The translations under genes were made by a program, and so were the position numbers. This document shows, piece by piece, positions 1-12,076 of a stretch of DNA of 64,000 bases; position 1 is the first letter of the stretch; the number at the start of each line of letters is the position of its first letter. This DNA comes from Lama glama. Lineage: Eukaryota. Under the pieces are notes generated by a model, which was not told the origin of the DNA, did not search any database, and worked only from the letters and a program-made list of their open reading frames with translations. The stretch covers positions 92,506,001-92,570,000 of the forward strand of contig CM052817.1 of NCBI GenBank assembly GCA_028534125.1. Direction: 5' to 3'.

Positions 1-449
1 GGCAGGTATGTTCAGATCATTCCATGGACTTCGGCCTAAACTAAGAATATTTTTTTAAGCTGCAGCATCTAAGTCCTCCAGAGAGAGGACTTAGAAAGGA
101 GGGACCTATTGCACTTGGTGAAACCTGGCCCTTCTGGTGTCTTTCAAATGTGTATGAATCTGTTTTCCATCAGCCCTGCCTTCCCATCAATGCGAAGGAA
201 AGCTTGGGAGGATGAAGGAAATCACAAAGAGGCGCCCGGCACTGGAAGGGGACCGCTTGTCCCACCCAGGAATGCTCTAGGGGTGGGAAGGGCCTCAGAG
301 CATAAAACTGGGAACTCGGGGCAGACCTGTCTCCACCTCATTCCCATATCTGATCCTCTTGCTCCTCGTCTGGAAATCTGCGGGGGGGGGAAAGGGAACG
401 TCACGCAAGGGGGGGGGTGAGGTGGTACGAAACAAAGGTCTGCAAACCT

Positions 450-505
450 AAGACTTAGTTGCTGTCAGCAACCAGTGGGGAAAACTTACTTGCTGTCAGC
501 AACCA
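450..505. repeat. Imperfect direct repeat, two 25-bp copies with period 31, palindromic core TTGCTGTCAGCAA
   Basis: aagacttagttgctgtcagcaacca (450-474) versus aaaacttacttgctgtcagcaacca (481-505). Confidence 0.9.
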
Positions 506-1924
506 CAGAGAGGAGGGACTGCCTGCACTGACAATTGCTTCTCAGCTCACAAAGACGTTAGGAATTAGACTGGAGAGTTAGACACAGGCCACAGACATGT
601 ACAGAGAAACACAGAGCTGAAGAAGAGATGGAAATGAAGATGGCTAATTTGTTTATTGTTTAAGGAAGGGGGGATTTTAGGAAATTTAAATAACGTTAGG
701 CTCTCTGATGCCCATCAGTGAATTTTGTTTGTTAGAAAGAGCATAATTCAATTAATGAATCGGCTCTTTTCATGGAACTGAAATTCCTCGGGAATTGCCC
801 TTGCTTGGGGATGATGGGAAATGCTTGTTTGGAAATGCTGGCTCCTGGATCTACTGAGCCAACTTTTCTTTGCCTTGTTTTTAGCATTTCAGTCTGTCAG
901 AGCCCCTTCAAAAAGGTGAGGGGCAGGGGAGAGAAGACCACTACCCCATTGTTCTCATGACCCATTTTCCTTTAGAAGAGCTCCAGAAATAGCCAGGCTG
1001 GAACTTGGAATTTATGATTTCCTTTTAGGTTGGGACCGTTTGCACCGGATGTCCTAATTCTACGGTCCATTTCTGTTTTTAAATAAGACTAGGTCATGGG
1101 AATTATGCCCAAAGTGCCTTTTACATGTTTCTTAGTTTATGGGGTGCTTATTTTCCCAGTATATAGAATGGGGTTCACTCCTGTTAGCCAGAGGGCTGAG
1201 CCCCATTCACACTGAACAGTCCTTTCAGTATGAGAAAGTCTCCAGATGCCCAGAGCAGAGAGTGAGGCTCTGCCTTGGAAGACTGTGGGGGGAGAGAGGG
1301 GAAATGGTGGGTGTTGGGCATGCGGGTCTTTGGATTTCCAGAAAGCAGCATAAAGTTACAAGAGGCTGAGCCCAAGATGGGAGAGAGATTCTCAAATACA
1401 GCTGAAGGGGCGTTCCCCCCGGGCTCCGCCCTGCCGTGTTCTGTGGTGGCGGCACCTGTGTGTACCTGTGTGCTCACGTGCCGGGGTAGGGGCTGGGGAA
1501 GGTGTTTGGGTGGAGGAAAGAGCAGGACAAGAAGCAAGAAGATAGGAGGGGACCAGCATATGCAGTCAGTGCAAGGACTTTGCTTGTTGGAGTCCCACGT
1601 CTGCTGAGCGGGCTGCCCTCTAAGGCCCTCTGAGCTTAAGTCTCCACTCACAGCAATATCCAGACCTACGGGACACCTTTGTAACTCTGCCAGAAAGCAG
1701 GCCCATATTTTGTAACTACACTGAGGCTCCTCAAAGGACTATGTCATCTGAAGTCTCTGCCGAGCAGAAAGGGCTCGAAAAGCCATTGTCACATTAAGTA
1801 AATATGAACATTATACAAAACACGTTAGCTTCAGTGTCAGATATGCTCTGGGCACTGCCTGTATATTAGCTGTGGGTTGAACATGCTGGTTGAAACACAA
1901 GAAATAATGCGAAGCACATTAGAG

Positions 1925-2105
1925 ATAAACAGACTTGGGATCTGAAGCCCTGCTCCAATTTACTGAGGAACCTTGGGCAAGTTACTTAACCTCTCTGAGC
2001 TGCCATTCTATTATCTGTGAAGGGCATTAACACGTCATCTGACTCTCAGGCCTGTGATCGTTAATTTTGACAAGGCATGGAAAACTCTAAGCACAATGCC
2101 CAGTA
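1925..2105 (+). mobile_element. MIR SINE fossil
   Basis: MIR core ccttgggcaagttacttaacctctctgagc...tatctgtgaa followed by aagcacaatgcc. Confidence 0.8.
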
Positions 2106-2819
2106 TCATTTTATATTTACCTAGAAGTGATTGAAAAGTTGCAGAAATTATAAACAGGCTAAGAAAGTTCATGACACGTATTGTTTGGCCCAGGAAGTAT
2201 TTTTGAAAATTAGGATAATTAAAATCAAGACCTCCAACTTCTCTTGAAAAACCAAAAGTTCTGGCAACAACGGTTCCTCATCTCAGGTGGCAAAGAGACT
2301 ACCCCCACCCAGCAGGCCTTTGCTGTCTGGTACCCTGAGGACCACCTTTTCCCACCCCCACCACTGCCCCTCACTTGGTGTTTGCCTCATGTGTGTGGCC
2401 CCATAGTCATGCTAACTTACAACAGACCGTTTTCTTTAAATACACACCATTCACGTTCAGCTTCATTAAGACATACTTTTGACAACTGGGCATTGTAGAA
2501 AGGGCACCGTTTTGTGTTCAGATTTGGAGGCAAGTCCCAGATACCACAGAAATTTCACAAATTGATGTTCCTCGGCTTGCTTATCAGCAAGAAAGGGAAA
2601 ATTATTTTCTGCCTGTTTGGGTTGGTGAAAGGATTCTATGCACTACTCAGGAAGAGCAAGCAGCATGGTTGCTGTGAACTATTCCCGGTGTTACCAGCGA
2701 AAGGAGGAGGGAGAAGAGGAGGAAGAGGAAGAAAAGCACGAATCTTTAAATCAGGCAAAATGTGCTAATGTTATAACTGAGGGTCCACTGACAACTGGTG
2801 ATAAGTATTATACAGCTCT

Positions 2820-3130
2820 ATGTGGTTTCTGAAGGATCAACAAACTTGTACAAGTTACACTTGGAAATCAAAGCTATGCATTAGCAAAAAATGTCATGCC
2901 CCAAATGCTTATTAGAGATATATTATGAAGAGTCTATGAGTGAAATAATATGAGGTATGGAGTTTGCTTTAAAATACACCAGAAAAAGAAGAAGAAGGCG
3001 TTAGATGAAACAGAAATCGGGAAGATGTTGTTTACTGTTGGGACTGGGCGATGGGTTAATGGAAATGCATTATATTATCCTTTTGACTTATACTGTGCTT
3101 GAAAATACCTATACATTAAAAGTGAAGAAA
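2820..3130 (+). mobile_element. Old L1 (L1M-type) 3' UTR fragment
   Basis: ttagagatatat...gagtttgctttaaaatacacc...tttactgttgggactgggcgatggg pattern typical of old L1M 3' ends. Confidence 0.6.
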
Positions 3131-4349
3131 GAAGAAAATTCACACCAAATTCTCACCAATTCACATCTCCGAGGCCAAGCATTATGAAATTTTAAAGATT
3201 TTCTGAATAAATGAATAGACACACACTGTTTTTTGCATCTCTTGGGCCTTCTCGCACTGACATAACTGTAGTATCTCCCTTCTTAGTCTATTCCTTTAGT
3301 TCTCCCCACTCCAATTTATTGCACAAGGAGCTTCAGAAATAATGTACTTGAAGAAAAACTCCCCTTAGTTTCCAGTGGCTGTTGGGGGCCTTGCAAATCG
3401 ATTAGTGGTTTCAAGACTCCCCACTAACCAGCCTGTATTGGACCAACTGACCTCATGTCCATATGTATGTCTTCAATTTCATCTCTGTTCTATCCAGACA
3501 AATCCTATTGGCTCTGGATTTAATGCCAGGGCACTTTATTTGGCTCCTGACTCTGCCACTTTCTGTGTCTTTGAAAAACTAGCTCAACCTCTCTGAACTT
3601 ACATTTTCACCTTAAAGTGTGTTAACATTCACCTGGTGGGGCTGTCTGGGAAGCGCCGGCAGGCTCTCCATGAGTGGCAGCTATTTTTGTCATCATCAGT
3701 AAGCCCGACATATTATTCTGAGCTTTCAAAACCGTCTGTCCTTCTGCACAAACTCCTCCTTGTGTTTTATCAGCCACCTCTTTTGCCTGCTTAACATTTC
3801 TGAGATTAAACCCACCAGGCTGGGTCATCTTGAACAAGAAGAACCTCTGGTCGTGTGTCTGCTCTAAGGGCTTTTATTAACGTGCCCCAGCGCCTTCCAG
3901 AGGCTCGTCTCAGTCTGTGAGTCAGCCTTGAAGGCTGGGACTGGGTCTTCTTCTTCTGCATAGCTCTAATGAAAGTGCAGCGCCTCACACACAGGCCCAC
4001 ACAGAAGAGAACTGTCTCTCAAATGGTCCGTACAACTCCTTCCAGCAGGGGCTTGGGAGAACTTAACGATGATGGAGATTTTTCCTACAAGGCATTTATG
4101 AGCAGAGTTATCATCTCTACTCATCAGGAGAAGGCTGACCAACGTGCAGCCACCTGGGGCACCCCTGATCAGATCTCAAGGCTGAATGTGCTTTTGGTAT
4201 TTTTCCTGTTTCTAGTTTCCTGATGATCCTGAAGCACAGAAAGAAAGAAGTAGCATGTCTCAGAACGCGGTGTCATGCCACGGTCCTAACCAGGTTATAA
4301 CCGGCGTCTGCATCTAAGTGGCCCCATTCTGCGTCTAGGGCAGCTCTGC

Positions 4350-4535
4350 ATTCCGCGTTCTCAGCCCTCACCGGGCTCTGAGATCACCTGGGAACTTTTA
4401 AAAAATACTCATTCTTAGGCCTTATGCCAGAGATACAGATTTAACTGGTCTAGAATGGAGCCTAGAAATTTGTATTTTTAAAAGTTTGGCTTTAAGAAAA
4501 AGTTTGAGTGATTTTAATGCACAGGCAGAACCACC
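4350..4535. mobile_element. MER5-like hAT-Charlie MITE
   Basis: gttctcag...atcacctgggaactttaaaaaatact...agatttaactggtctagaatggagcctagaaatttgtatttttaa...gtgattttaatgcac. Confidence 0.75.
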
Positions 4536-5893
4536 AACCTAACAGCTAGGAGGGGAAAAAAGGCAAGGTCTGTAGTGTTTTCTTTAGGATGACCTATAGG
4601 GCATCGGGAAGCCACTGGAAACTGATGAGCAGAATGGCAACACTAAGCAGAGAAAACAAAAAACCAGTCGTCATGCGTTGAAAGACCTGGAAATGTAGGC
4701 TCTGGTGCAAATACACGGGGCTGTCTTTCCAGGCAAACCGCTGCTGTGACCTGCGATAGGGTGTCTGGCAGCCTACGGCCACCGTGCGGGGTGGAAGTGG
4801 AAACCAGCCCTGGTCGTGGCTCCATTCTCCTCTCTCTCTCATTAAAAATGGGCCAGGCGCTGACCTCAGCAAGATGTCCGCTTATCTGCTGTCAAGAACA
4901 AAGCTGAGTTTCCACATACCAAGCTTTATTACTTTGGTCTAGAATTCTCTTCACAGTAAAGGTTTTAGGAGATGCCTTTAGAAAAACCACCCCCAGCTAC
5001 AATAATAACTATCGTCTTTAATCACATGGGCTCTTTTTCTGGAAAAACAATCATCCAAAATTTCCGACAGAGGACCATCCACAAGTCCTAGGGCAATGAT
5101 TCATTTTTTAAATGCATTATGATGATAACCAGTTTTGGAGAGGATGAAGTGAAACAGCCATCCTTAATCTCTACTAGAGGAAATATAATTTGGGACAATT
5201 TTTATAGAAAATTGTGCCAGGAGCTTAGAAATAATTGATACTTTTTGATCCTCTGCTGTGAATCTATTCCTAAGAACGGACTCTAAGAAAATAATCAGAG
5301 ATGTGTTGTTTGTGTACAAGTTTATCATATAACATATAATATCATACATATCATGTCATAGATATACATGGAATAATAGCATGTAAATTTGCCGTATGGT
5401 ACTGAAAATGTGAAAATAAACACAGAAAATGTCCAACAAAAAGGACCAGCCAAGTAAGTTTTGACACCTCATGAAAGCAGAATATTGAGGAGCTATGAAA
5501 ACCTGCAAACAATACATTAAATATTAGAGAATGCTGGTGATATATTTAAAGTGAAAATGGACTGTTACAAAACACTTTTCAGTAAAAACTTGTTTCTAAG
5601 CGTAAAATGCAAATATAAAAACTTTTTTGAGGGAAACATGGTGAGATGCTCACAGGATACAGTTTTTCCCTTGATATTTTCCCACAGTTTCTACATTTTT
5701 TATTATTAACATACACAAATTTTATGATTTTAAAACATAGCAAAAGTGTTTGGTTTACAATGTATATGGGGTACCAACAAAAAATTTTTTAAATAATAAA
5801 TTACCAGTCTTTCTCCCATTATGAGTTAAGGATGCATATTTCTGAAAAGGCTTCCAGAGCCGTACCAATTGTTTTTTAAAGCACCACATTTTT

Positions 5894-6141
5894 CCTCGTG
5901 CTAAACTAAAGAAACTTGGTTTTTTAAAATCTATTTTATATATAGTGGTTAACATTTGCAAATCTCAAACTCTCAAATTTATCCCTTCCCACCCCCTTCC
6001 CCTCAGGCACTGTAAGATTATTTACTACGTCTGTGAATCTGTTTCTGTTCTGTAGATGATGAGTTCATTAGTGTCTTGTAATAACCTTTAAAGAAAAAAA
6101 AACGAAACGAATATATGCATGTATATGCAGAAAAAAAAAAA
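5894..6141. mobile_element. Lineage-specific L1 3' fragment with 5' inversion and 16-bp TSD
   Basis: TSD aaagcaccacattttt at 5878-5893 and 6139-6154; 5894-6075 is the reverse complement of the L1 3' UTR seen at 61340-61560; 6076-6141 is sense with an A-tail. Confidence 0.85.
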
Positions 6142-6959
6142 GCACCACATTTTTACTCTGTTTAAGTGAGACTTTATGACCTCAGCCTGTCCCTCACCAT
6201 TTCTCCCTTATCCAGGTTGTTGCTCATTGAAATGCTGACGATCACTGGTCACACGATCCCAAAACACCTACAGACGGCACAGTGCTCTCAGCAGAACACT
6301 CACACTCTTTCTTAACAATCAGGAAGCGAACAAACCAGGAGGCGTTACGGGCACTGAGCCTGCGGGGCTCTACACACCCCGAGAGCTGAGGGGTACGCAG
6401 CGCGCTGGGTCCTTCTCCCCTGGACGCCCGTTAGTTCTATTCTGGGATTCAAGACCAGGTCTGGGGGGCATCAAGGACCGGGAGGCGCCCTCCCAACCCA
6501 GGCCAAGCAACTTTGGAGGAATCCTAGGACTCTGGTTCTTCTCCAGGATGCTCTAGAGTATTCTACATGCCTCGGACTGAAAAGGATTGGCTTGTCTGCT
6601 TCCCAGAAGATCTAAGGACTTGACATGAGCACAGGAAGTGAACTGATTTGTACAGGTCAACCTCCCCACTCCCGCTTTCAACAGCCCCTCCCCAACCAGA
6701 GCTGAACACAAGCTGCTGCGTGATCAGGCGTCAGGGTGGGCACAGCACAGAGTTGCTCATGCCACTTGCTCCGTGGTGCTAGACCCCCTCAGCTCAAAGC
6801 TGGCAGGTGGCAGGTAGCTGCTTGCTTCAGCAACAAGTTCTCAGAAGGTGGAAGGAAGCGAGTATATCCTGGGTTAGCAATGAAGTGCGTGGCCCCGTCT
6901 GGCTGAGCCCCTCCTAGCACTCAGAGTGCTGGAACACTCAGGCAGGAAACCAGACCTAC

Positions 6960-7089
6960 CTCATAGGACGTTCTGATGAGTCTGAAGATGTCGACCTCCG
7001 GGTAGGGCTCCACGTCATCACTGAGCAGGGAGTGGAGGTGAGGGATGGGAGGCAGCGTGCTGTCTTTATTGGTCACGCTGTCCAAGTAC
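6960..7089 (-). CDS. TBC1D9: TBC1D9 coding exon 13 (130 nt, phase 2-0); absent from the ORF track
   Basis: Manual translation gives YLDSVTNKDSTLPPIPHLHSLLSDDVEPYPEVDIFRLIRTSYE; ttccttcttccag|G and GAG|gtaggt. Confidence 0.96.
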
Positions 7090-7383
7090 CTGGAAGAAGG
7101 AATTGGGAGTCACTGGGAGGCTAACCTGGAATTTCTCCTTTTACAGTTGTCCAGCCATTTTCTCCAAATTCTGCACATTAAAACAATGGACTAGAATTTC
7201 CTTAAGAGCAGAATGAACTTCCCTTCACTTTAAGACAGAGCATATGAAAATAAATCCTCGGCCACAGAGAGAAGTGGGCATTTTGACTCATGAATTATGT
7301 GGGCAATGAAGACTCATGAAACCAAGGAGACAGATGGAGAGCACAGGGAAGAAAGCCCAGAGGTGGTTCTCCAAGTGAAATAC

Positions 7384-7669
7384 CTTCCCAGAACGGTCAT
7401 GGCCTCCCCGTCATCCTTGCAGTTCAAAAGTTTGTCCACATTTGCATCCAGCACAGCCAGGGCCAACTGGAATATCACTTTGATTCCTTCATAGAAGAAA
7501 CAGTCGACAACTACAACTGCACTCTCAAACGGCATCACGCTGAGAAACAGGGTGAGGAACCAGGACAGGGAGATGGTGGAAATCACGCCCAGGTCCTGCA
7601 TGCAGTCGTACAGCTGCGGGACATAGTCTCGGGCGAGCTCCTCGAAGACACCCTGGTCCACCAGGGCAC
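7384..7669 (-). CDS. TBC1D9: TBC1D9 coding exon 12 (286 nt, phase 1-2)
   Basis: [96 protein letters not shown]; cag|GT and AAG|gtattt. Confidence 0.98.
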
Positions 7670-8775
7670 CTGTAGCGGGGGTGGACACCAGAAGTCATGG
7701 GTTAACCAACTACAGCTTCTCACGAATGCACCCAATCCAATGGCCTGACTAAAACCAGCCAGTTCACAATTGCTGCCAAGACAGAACTCCAGTTACTACG
7801 TTACTAGACCAAGATGTCGGCACAGCCAAGTCACCAGAGGCTGCCTCTTCTCTTCCTGGGAGGTCTTCCTGTCCTGGCTCTCTACCAGAAAGGAGCAATA
7901 GCATGACAATTACAAGGACTGTTGGAAGGGTCAGTTTACAAAATTTTCATGACACACAATTCTTTATTTTGTTGGCAACATAAATGTTTGGTTAGGCATG
8001 AAAAGTATATCTAAGTAGCTTCATTTCTTGGCAAACTCTTTTAAAAACAAATTGCTCTTTTGGATGCGTGGTCCTCACACAGGAATTGTTTCTTTAAATG
8101 ATTGCTTTTTAAACTTAAAAGCGTTCCAGCTGAACACACTCATGATCGACGTCCTGATATTTCTGGAGAGTACTTCCAATGATTTAAATTACTGTGCAGA
8201 AGTTTAGAAATGAAGACAGAACGCAAGAGGGACACGTAAAGCATACATTTTCCTACACCAGCAATGAGAAGTGTGTCCTGCTAAAATGAATGTCTAACAC
8301 GTGAGAGGATTATAATTTATTTAAATGTTCCCCATTGTTGTTTGCTTTGCAAAGAAACCAATTCCAAAAAATACCTTAGAAACTTAGCTTTGGCAACATT
8401 TTATATGCTATTGTCTCCATTCCTTTTTTGAATACTTCTGCCTTTTGTAGATTCCATCCTCCTCATGAAAGAATTGCTAAACCTTTTTGGGTTGATGATC
8501 TGCGTGCTTGGTGTAGCTCTCACGTGCCACAGAGTGACACCCACATCAGGTGTCTTAGGAAACAGTTTCCGTCGAGGTGATACATGTATACTCTCCTAAG
8601 CTCTGTGGAGCTCCTTTGGGTACCACGTGCATTGATTCAAGCCTCTCATCCCCATTTTGGAAAACTGGATTAGTCTAAAACTCTTTTGGCTAATGGTGCC
8701 TGGAAATGATATCCTGGCTCTAGAAACACCTTCCTGTGAGATAAGGGTTAAAATGTGAGCTGCATCACCACATAC

Positions 8776-8893
8776 CAACCACCCTGGTGTTGTAGTAATC
8801 AGGAAGCATGCGTTCACACAAAGCCACCAGCAGCCAGAAAGCTTCCTCCTCTTTGGCATAAAGCAGCAGCACTGATGTGACAATGTTCATGGC
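8776..8893 (-). CDS. TBC1D9: TBC1D9 coding exon 11 (118 nt, phase 0-1); correct frame absent from the ORF track
   Basis: Manual translation gives [39 protein letters not shown](G); cag|GCC and TTG|gtatgt. Confidence 0.96.
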
Positions 8894-8996
8894 CTGAATG
8901 AGTGAAAGAAGAAGTCATGAAACACGTTTTAAATACATCAGACACATGTGAACATAGAAGCCATTTTGTTAACCTAAAAGGTGACCAAGTTAGTCC

Positions 8997-9130
8997 CAAG
9001 GGGCCAGCAAACTTCTTCCATAAGAAAAACACATAATAAATATTTAAAGGCTTTGCAAGGGATATGCACATATTCCTCTGAGTTTTGTTTTCTTTACGAC
9101 CTTTTAAAAATGTAAAAACTCTTAGTCCTT
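8997..9130 (+). mobile_element. MER58-like hAT-Charlie fragment
   Basis: caaggggccagcaaacttcttccataag...taataaatatttaaaggctttgcaagg. Confidence 0.6.
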
Positions 9131-10439
9131 GAACCTGTTAACTTTAAAGGGCCTCCATGAACACCAGCATTCACCAAGGCCTGAGCCCCCGACACATGCA
9201 AACCCTCATTCAAGAACTTGGTCCAAAGGCCCTTTGACAAAGCTTTGAACCTGCTGAAATCTCCTTGTTTTTAATCCTCAATTCAGTGAGGTAAATATTT
9301 CCTTTTTAATCTTCCATAATTGTTTCTATAACTGAGTACACATGGCTTGAGGCTCTCCTCAGAGAACAATGGAACCTTTCAGAGTTGGAGTTCTCGCCCA
9401 CTATTTCCATCTGGATAAGGATGGAAGGTGATAAGTAACAGGAATTTAATTCTAAAGTAACCGACTTTATTAAAAGATATTATCAGACAGCTCATAACCA
9501 CTCAAGGCTCAACTACTTTAATAGTCCCTTTAATTAAAAAGAGGAAGATCAAAAGATAAATATGAACTCTATTATATTAGAAGCCAACTCACTTCTGGAC
9601 TGCTTTTGATCTTCTAGAAACCAGTAAGTGTTCATCAGGCTTCTACGATATAAATGTCAAAAAAGGAATTTTGGTCTAATAGGCTCTTTCTTGTAAGCCT
9701 TACGCAGTATGTTCCCAGGTGAAACCATTATTAAAATTCCACTTGATGATTAACCTGCCTAGTACATGACCATGGTCACAGTTAGTGCCTGAATTATTCA
9801 GTCAAGGTAAGTTCTTTTGGGAGTCTCCTTGGTATCAGGCTCTGGACTAGGTACTGGGGAAAGACGGGGACACAGTGGTGACAAGTCTCACAGGGCATAA
9901 ATGCTTGGGTCAGAGAGACAGAACAAAGATGTAAAAGTTGATGCATTAATTTGGGGGTGTATTTAAATTAAGTGCTATCAAAAAGATAAAATAACGTGGT
10001 ACAAGGAGGCCTGTGCTCTGCGCGCGCGTGTGTGTACAGAGGAATTAAGCCTGCTTTAGCATTTAGCTAGACAGTCAGAGAAGACCTCTCTGTATATGTA
10101 GCCTTTAAATCTAAGGTCACATTATCTTGGAGCTTCCCAAACTGTGGCACTAGTACAAACGATCATTTTAGCTGGTGTATGAGCAACATCTTTTTCATAT
10201 TGAATTAAGTATTTATTTTACTGTGCATTAAAATATAACCATAGCACATAAAAGTTACATTCTCAAGGTCACTAATTGCTTAGAAGATGCAAAGGAGGAG
10301 CAGCATGGAACCTAGAATCCAGAAATAAAGGACAGGTAGGTACCCGGGAGTGCTCAGGGCTAGCTAGCGACCAGGCAGGTCACCAGAGGGTGATGGGTCC
10401 AGGAAGGACACTCCTGTATCGTGGTTCCTCTGCTCAGTT

Positions 10440-10659
10440 CAGTGGTTCTCAGCCCAGGGAGACTTTGCTCCCTGGGGGACGTCTGGCAACATCTAAAGAC
10501 ATTTTAGTTGTCACAATTAGGGGGTTCTACTGGCATTTAGTGGGTAGATACTATTAAACATGTTATTAAACAGGAATGTTATTTAACATCCTACAGGACA
10601 GCCCCACACAAAGAATTATCCAGTCCCCAAGGCCAACAGCACCAAGGTTGAGAGACCCT
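10440..10659 (+). mobile_element. MER20 (hAT-Charlie)
   Basis: cagtggttctca...tttgctccctgggggacgtctggcaacatctaaagacattttagttgtcacaa...aagaattatccag...aaggttgagagaccct. Confidence 0.88.
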
Positions 10660-10763
10660 CGTGCAGCAACAGTTCTCTCGGCCATGAAGCCTTTCTGCTC
10701 ATTCCTCAGTGGCTAATAACACGTCTTTTCTTTAAAGCCATGTCACCCGTCTGTGACATTCAC

Positions 10764-10978
10764 CTGGCAATACCCTATGTTAGGGTTCCGGAAAGCGTAA
10801 GCTGTTAGGACTCTCCTCAGGGCAGCGATGCCCATCTCGTTCTGGAAAGCCGGGTGCTCTGGGAGGGAGCGGTGGAGGTCCCTCTCAATCTCCTCCGTGG
10901 CGAGGTTGTACTTCCCCATGGACTTCTCCACAAGGTCTTCGTAGTATCCGGGGTGTGTGGCCTTCTCGTTGATGGCGC
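10764..10978 (-). CDS. TBC1D9: TBC1D9 coding exon 10 (215 nt, phase 1-0), catalytic Arg and Gln fingers
   Basis: [72 protein letters not shown]; IxxDxxR (IERDLHR) and YxQ (YCQ) intact; cag|GC and CAG|gtgaat. Confidence 0.98.
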
Positions 10979-11172
10979 CTGGGAAACACCCACCAGACCC
11001 AGCGTCAGAAAGTGGAAGCGGACCCCCAGCCTCGCGGCCTTCCCCGCCCCTCAGAGGACCCGCGTGAGGTGACGGGGACATCCCACGATGGTGCGTGTGC
11101 TGCAGTCACGGCCAGGCTGTCAGTTCATTCCTGGCTTCCCTCCCTCTTCCTCTTCTATTTCAAAACCTCCCT

Positions 11173-11523
11173 ATACTATATGCTACCACTCATGTGTGGG
11201 CTCTAAAAAGTAATACAAATGAATCCACATGCAACTCAGAAGTAGACTCACAGCCAGAGAAGCTTGTGGTTACCAAAGGGGAAAGGCGGGGAGGGGTAAA
11301 ACAGGAGTACGGGACTGACAGATAGAAGTCATACATAAAATAGATAAGCAACAAGGACCTACTGCACAGCACAGGGAACCATATTCAGTTATCTTGTAAT
11401 AAGCCATAATGGAACGTAATCAGAAAAAAATAACTGAATCACTCTGCTGTACACCTGAAACTAACACAATATTGTGAATCAACTATACTTCAGTAAAAAA
11501 TGATGATGATTAAAGAATACGAG
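11173..11523 (+). mobile_element. 5'-truncated artiodactyl-type L1 3' end
   Basis: gactcacag...aaatagataagcaacaaggacctactgcacagcacagggaac...tgtacacctgaaactaacacaatattgtgaatcaactatacttca; candidate TSD aaacctccct at 11163-11172 and 11524-11533. Confidence 0.88.
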
Positions 11524-11949
11524 AAACCTCCCTCAGGTAGAGGTTTCCACCCTAAAAGCTGTGTTTCAAGGAACTCCCCCGACTATCCCGAGGGGCTGCT
11601 CGGAGAAGGGCAGGGAGGTGGGCGGACTGAGCCGAGCTGAGGCCTCACGGGTCTCAGCCCTCCCCTCAACCACGGAGCTCTGCTTGCATTTGACGGGGCT
11701 CTTCCTTAGGCGTTCACTTGAAAAAGGAGGTGCTGCGTCTCAAAACAAGTCTGGAAATTGTTTGTTAAGGTGCAAGCTTCGAAGGTCTCAAACAGTCTTA
11801 GTGAAGAGGAGGTGGGGTTCAGATACCTGGAGGGATGTTTAAAATTGCAGTGACGGGCCCCTGCCACCGAGGGGAGCCCCGCAGGGGTGGGGATGAGGGC
11901 CAGGTGGTGGTGAGAATCACTGCTTTGAGATACTTCCATTTTAAGTTCT

Positions 11950-12076
11950 TTTTTAAAGTTTTTGCTTCCTTTTTGGGGGGGGTAATTAGGTTTATTTATT
12001 TACTTTAATGGAGATACTGAGGACTGAACCCAGGATCTCTACGCATGCCTTCTACCACTGAGCTATATCCTCCCCC
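11950..12076 (-). mobile_element. tRNA-derived SINE (camelid Vic-1-like), internally deleted
   Basis: Reverse complement reads ggggggaggatatagctcagtggtaga...cctgggttcagtcctcagtatctcc...aaataaacctaattacccccccc-type head, B box and tail. Confidence 0.85.

Noticed and set aside
450..505. Palindromic direct repeat as a CRISPR-like array
   Set aside because: Only two copies, a 6-bp spacer, mammalian context and no cas genes.
6916..6930. Palindrome AGCACTC-A-GAGTGCT near the exon 13 donor
   Set aside because: Short, and a few such palindromes are expected by chance in 64 kb.
1..6959. Search for TBC1D9 exon 14 onward (EF-hand region)
   Set aside because: No matching peptide (KFGTIRADLIEQ as recalled from human) was seen; treated as intron 13.
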